Of a stretch of DNA of 64,000 nt, positions 63,601-64,000 are shown piece by piece. The position numbers and the translations under genes were made by a program. The stretch is from NCBI GenBank assembly GCA_020137815.1, contig CM035350.1, positions 7,006,001 to 7,070,000 of the forward strand, written 5' to 3'. A model generated the notes under the pieces. It searched no databases. It saw only the letters and a program-made list of their open reading frames with translations, and was not told the origin of the DNA. Every line of letters begins with the position of its first letter. Positions within the stretch are counted from its first letter, which is position 1. This DNA is from Hormiphora californensis. Its lineage: Eukaryota > Animalia > Ctenophora.

Positions 63601-63616
63601 GGGAGACATAATCAAG
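21698..63616 (+). CDS. RIM-binding-protein family gene (JAKMIP-like N-terminal coiled coil, long coiled coil, SH3, FN3, SH3); ~45 exons; runs off the window
   Basis: GT-AG exons traced (approximate starts): 21698, 21931, 22109, 22298, 27661, 28363, 29606, ~31994, 32261, 32602, 32864, 33464, 33824, 35080, 35329, 35958, 36862, 37767, 37959, 41254, 42386, 43962, 44371, 44848, 45883, 46317, 46685, 46961, 47365, 47725, 47991, 48268, 52861, 53601, 53882, 54707, 55031, 56476, 56863, 57465, 59687, 60097, 60326, 60799, 63474. SH3 YYVALADYN..GLVPANLV; FN3 VCLTWEPP..RNQGVMVTGYKIYV; RIM-BP-type SH3 VVALYTYDPTTDSPNDYPELELQFNEGDIIK. A few 1-bp frameshifts, and a gap at 30515. Confidence 0.8.
25039..25737. 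mobile_element. 699-bp non-autonomous TIR transposon with 8-bp TSD
   Basis: G7TTCCCATGGTATACTTTGGTATACTTTGGCA pairs with TGCCAAAGTATACCAAAGTATACCATGGGAAC7. TSD GCCTTGCT at 25031-25038 and 25738-25745. Inserted into a family C micro-element. Confidence 0.9.
29365..29605. repeat. 15-bp minisatellite (CTCCACCCCTCTCAT)n abutting a splice acceptor
   Basis: Seen directly. Ends at CCCAG|GTATCG. Confidence 0.9.
30515..30614. other. Assembly gap with degraded flanks (~29650-31480)
   Basis: 100 N. The flanks show inflated homopolymers. Confidence 0.95.
32138..32186. mobile_element. 49-bp micro-transposon, family A
   Basis: CTGTC...GACAG with 8-bp TSD CCTGACAC (32130-32137, 32187-32194). The uninterrupted target GAGTCGCCTGACACTRTG is seen at ~45228 and ~53816. 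Confidence 0.8.
34025..34484. mobile_element. 460-bp MITE with TTAA TSD (Kolobok-like GG termini)
   Basis: ~75-bp TIR GGGTACACCTCGGCGAAATTTTTGTCGA...; TTAA at 34021-34024 and 34485-34488. Confidence 0.9.
35958..36584 (+). CDS. Candidate alternative terminal exon of the RIM-BP-like gene
   Basis: Acceptor CTAG|GAG is in phase with the upstream exon; 208 open codons to TAG. Possible internal donor CAG|GTGTAT at 36128. Confidence 0.6.
   Translation, partial: ELSKFGNSTPNNRSACTTSTTDDTTFTDISSLPTDRPTPSSSKSATLTDVPSSVPVQVYEEFMSGVAPKLGIAESGVLGRQKKKDDDIDHGACSSSSGSLIVTGGSSGSLVGGHDVAHYDPGGWDDFSDLVTDSTPGGGRGEDDTRPVVSDNSSQMWDQFSDLASTVKGDGCERCNRECYDKMTMTDLDDDNCIPLHYIDNLLKDLVS
36670..36855. repeat. 19-bp minisatellite (CACGCGTTACTCCCACACT)n before an acceptor
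   Basis: Seen directly. Confidence 0.9.
40969..41028. mobile_element. 60-bp micro-transposon, family A, reverse orientation to 1322-1390
   Basis: CTGTATGGCG...CGCCAGACAG. 8-bp TSD CACGGTGT at 40961-40968 and 41029-41036. Confidence 0.85.
43713..43904. promoter_or_regulatory. Cluster of RFX X-box-like palindromes
   Basis: GTTGCCATGTCAAC (43713), GTTGCCATGGTAAT (43752), GTTACCATGGCAAC (43891). Confidence 0.45.
46822..46869. mobile_element. 48-bp micro-element, family C
   Basis: TTGCCTTGCTCGACCCT...AGGGTTAGAACATAACAA, with flanks CACTTATC and CACTTTTC (7/8 match). Relatives at ~25029-25795, ~29850-29895, ~47517-47562 and ~47625-47662. Confidence 0.6.
48665..49453 (-). CDS. Nested antisense intronless ORF, ~262 aa: P/S/T/D-rich region plus basic HTH/homeodomain-like C-terminus
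   Basis: 789-bp ORF from CAACAACAACATC-ATG(AAG), GC-richer than the surrounding intron, followed by AT-rich 3' sequence. C-terminus RTRRRYTAESRAAL...RNEVAKALGVTAAELFDANR. Confidence 0.55.
   Translation of the reverse strand: MKQFTKKTSQLQPSRIQFTISSFPLIPGPPSLGPAPTLTPTGDVTPFTVPDTTPHLPFTMDTIPDTTPHQDTTSSFSIMDLSLPSVASSLEVSDLDISDLSAPSEDIPPYLPASTEDLPPLPDLDLPPLPDLDLLDGIAATTPCNLTPTNIRSFLFPSYSGLEESLSLLSTTAAGDSTPPSLPSCGPIPSPSCGPLPSCGPVRTRRRYTAESRAALSPGRMRKASGSVRNEVAKALGVTAAELFDANRGGAQRRIRRVASAI
50044..51440 (-). mobile_element. Internally deleted CR1/L2-clade LINE: 5'UTR, ORF1 N-terminus, ORF2 C-terminus, 3'UTR, (TTG)n tail
   Basis: ORF2 tail HILTIEKRIFFKICLLGYKIYYGSAPQYL...PHVWNNLPENLRDAPSEDSFRIRLKTYLF (~50390-50790) directly abuts a coiled-coil ORF1-like frame (50790-51134). 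(ACA)n at 50046-50062. 5' boundary approximate. Confidence 0.75.
51900..52400 (-). pseudogene. Decayed C-terminus of an RLE-type (HERO/NeSL-like) non-LTR retrotransposon
   Basis: Fragments DQSRPDLILNSREIKTV and NGWKCFNMAMEVGSRGQVADSL match the RPD...GW...EVGxRG restriction-like endonuclease motif. Stops and frameshifts present. Confidence 0.6.
53468..53523. mobile_element. 56-bp micro-transposon, family B
   Basis: TTGTTTATGAAATCACCCCTCCG...CGGAGGGGTGACTTCGTAACCAA. 8-bp TSD GCACATCT at 53460-53467 and 53524-53531. Confidence 0.85.
54864..54941. mobile_element. Family B micro-transposon, degenerate
   Basis: TTGGTTAAGAAAT...AGGGGCAACTTCGTTACCAA, sharing its internal sequence with the 8145 copy in reverse. 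Flanks GGGTCTTA and GGGTCTTC. Confidence 0.6.
57226..57325. mobile_element. 100-bp pogo/mariner-like MITE
   Basis: TA|CAGTCGGACCCCGATTTACCGG ... CCGGTAAATCGGGGTCCAACTG. Confidence 0.75.
57761..59640 (-). mobile_element. Non-autonomous Helitron, 1880 bp, copy 2 (intronic)
   Basis: Reverse complement of 16765-18650 with scattered substitutions. Minus-strand termini A|TCATAGCG...GGATCTAG|T. Confidence 0.85.
61090..63477 (+). repeat. 40/41-bp minisatellite containing a 3' splice-site sequence in most units
   Basis: (TCTTGTTGTCTCACCCCTTACTCAATAATCCAG|GYCATG)n, roughly 60 units. The last unit supplies the acceptor of the SH3 exon at 63474. Confidence 0.95.
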
Positions 63617-64000
63617 GTAACTACTTGTTAAATCATCATTAATTAATTAACTAATTGTTAAACCATTATTAATTAATTAATTGTTAAATCATCATTAATT
63701 ACCAAAGGGGAATCGAACCGGAAACGGTACAGGGAATATTATAGTGCCCAATAGTAATCCAAGATAATGTTCAGAAAAGTATCCAAAAATTGTGTCTCGT
63801 TTCTATAAATTGGAGGTAAAATACCGCCAACTCTCAAACCGGAGACGTGTCAGTTTACCAAACATTTAGGATCTAGACCAGCCAAATGCTGAGTAGAGCA
63901 GGAGTTTGGAGTTTTATCAAACTCTTCTTTCCACCTACTGAACTGTCTGATTTCCAGAACAGAACTAATCCTTGTGTTTTACTAACACCCTCAACTCCCT

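Overview
Eukaryotic, intron-rich draft-assembly DNA with many (GA)n/(CT)n tracts, one 100-N gap and several degraded-read stretches. Gene content and style suggest a ctenophore such as Pleurobrachia (inference only). Genes I could reconstruct by hand: (1) a 3-exon orphan at 1530-2018 (-); (2) a two-exon papain-family protease with a long C-terminal extension at 12993-15273 (+), whose promoter and exon 1 are duplicated upstream; (3) a tight minus-strand trio, RNASEK -> hinderin/KIAA1328-like -> catalytically divergent SIRT2/3-like gene, with near-identical ~220-bp spacers once a Helitron is removed, i.e. a candidate trans-spliced operon; (4) divergently transcribed from the trio, a >42-kb multi-exon gene joining a JAKMIP-like coiled coil to RIM-binding-protein SH3-FN3-SH3 domains, with an alternative terminal exon and a nested antisense intronless ORF. 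Mobile DNA includes two copies of a non-autonomous Helitron with an inverted duplicated 3' end, several MITEs, an internally deleted L2/CR1 LINE and an RLE-type retroelement remnant inside a TIR element, and at least three families of 48-69-bp micro-transposons with 8-bp target-site duplications. Most short ORFs in the supplied track are microsatellite or antisense noise.
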